Source: Octopus sinensis
Taxonomy: Eukaryota
Assembly (NCBI RefSeq): GCF_006345805.1
Contig: NC_043011.1
Span: 14,644,464 to 14,708,463 of the forward strand
Direction: 5' to 3'
Length of the DNA stretch: 64,000 nucleotides
Shown here: in pieces, positions 62,766 to 64,000 of the stretch
Layout: each line of letters starts with the position of its first letter
How positions within the stretch are numbered: position 1 is the first letter of the stretch
Made by a program: the position numbers and the translations under genes
The notes under the pieces: generated by a model
What the model was told of the DNA's origin: nothing
What the model saw: only the letters and a program-made list of their open reading frames with translations
Databases searched by the model: none

Positions 62766-63451
62766 ATATATATATATATATACCGAGTTTCTTCCTGGTT
62801 GCTCGACCTACTAAAACTAGTAAAGAGAGCAGCAACATTTTCCTCAAATTACAACTTGCTTCATTGGTTAATGTAGTTTGGGTTACACAATGCCACGGAA
62901 CAAGACAAGGACAGTCACGTTTTGAACGTTTAGTTAGCCCCTGCGGAAAATGTCACAAAAATGCCACCACCACCACCACCGCCACTACCATCACCGCAGC
63001 GGCGGCCGCTGCTGCTGCTGCTGCTACTACTACTACTACTACTACTACTACACTACTACTTTGGGAAATTTAAAACTTACTAAATGCTGCAATCAATTAA
63101 ATCAAGTCTATTATTATTTATATTATTTCTTATAGTGGTTCCTTACATTCACCTAAGATTATAAATTATACAGGGTGGAGATTTAGTGGATCGAATGGAA
63201 TCCAGTATATTTTTGAACGACCATTTTATCGTTCTCATAAAAACGAATGGCACAGTTGTTCCTCCGCCACCTGTGCCTCATTTCAATTTAACATTGTTAA
63301 AAAAAGTAGCAGAAGTTCGTTCTAAGTGCTTTAGTGAAACCGTAGTATTTTTATACTCAACCAATGCGTGTTTTAAGAAACTAAAAAAACTACAGTATCT
63401 GTTTTGCACTAAGTGCCAGGTAGAGGCACGTGGTTTAGTAGTTAGTGACAG

Positions 63452-63625
63452 CGGCGCGTGACTTGGTGGTTAGGGGGCTGGACTCATGATCGTAAGATTG
63501 TGGTTTCGATTCCTGGATCAAAAGATGCGTTGTGTTCTTGAGCAAATCACTTCATTTTACGTCGCTTCAGTCCTCTCAGCTGGCAAAAATGCTTAGTGCT
63601 GCGATGGACTGGCGTCCCATGACCC
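63452..63625 (+). mobile_element. Old tRNA-headed SINE with a CORE-like segment
   Basis: CGTGACTTGGTGGTTAG..GGTTTCGATTCC; TTGAGCAAATCACTTCA. Shares GCGATGGACTGGCGTCCCAT with SINE C. Confidence 0.6.
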
Positions 63626-63862
63626 GGGAAGGAGCTTTAAATCTTTAACCTTTTATCAAATGCCAGACATCTATGGCCTGAGGGTAAAACCTACCCGAGC
63701 TTGACGTTGCTGACATCACTCCGGCATTAGTAAAGTATATAACAGTCACACCCTTGGTTCGAATCATGAACTAAACTTACTGTCTTGCAAATGAATGATA
63801 GTGAGACGGAGAGATCTAAGTGAGACTCACAGAGGTACAGACAGACGGACAGGGAAACTGAG

Positions 63863-64000
63863 TGGAGACACATGGCCTAGCGGAGTCGCGGTCGAGGGAT
63901 CGCGGGTTCGAATCTTAGACCGGGTGATGTGTGTGTTTATGAGCGAAAACACCTAAGCTCCACGCGGCTCTGGCAGAAGGTAATGGCGAAACTTCTGCTG
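63863..64000 (+). mobile_element. SINE C, cut off by the window end
   Basis: Matches 45817 onward, with a short deletion in the head. Confidence 0.88.

Noticed and set aside
1381-64000. SINE heads as tRNA genes, and SINE B repeats as a CRISPR-like array
   Set aside because: The heads lack full cloverleaves and continue into SINE bodies with TSDs. The repeats are dispersed and irregular, and the DNA is eukaryotic.

Overview
AT-rich, repeat-saturated eukaryotic DNA, with no host protein-coding exon that I can support. The SINE families and microsatellite load look like octopus/cephalopod sequence; that is recognition from memory, not a database result. Most long ORFs in the supplied track are translations of microsatellites. 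Retroelements: a near full-length Penelope-like element of Neptune type (RT, Cys linker, GIY-YIG) with two 350-bp pseudo-LTRs carrying a minimal hammerhead ribozyme with a U3:A8 core variant; a 5'-truncated CR1-type LINE; several R4/Dong-like RLE LINE fragments; and a Hero-like LINE remnant. DNA elements: a Tc1-type transposon with DD36E spacing, a deleted mariner/maT element, a non-autonomous Helitron candidate, two copies of a TIR element carrying (CCCTAA)n, a 280-bp near-perfect palindrome, and a 1.3-kb tandem-plus-inverted element. Pol III-type sequences: many copies of three tRNA-derived SINE families (my labels A, B, C), a decayed 5S rRNA copy fused to a SINE tail, and a tRNA-Val(CAC)-like gene with a broken acceptor stem. 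The most interesting signals are targeting patterns. The Penelope pLTR ends in (AT)4 and the element sits in (TA)n. SINE B copies repeatedly land inside other SINE B copies at GGTAYT sites. R4/Dong-like LINEs abut the (ATT)n tails of SINE B. Many frameshifts are single-base indels that could be long-read errors. Boundaries were read by eye and may be off by a few bases, or by tens of bases for degenerate elements.
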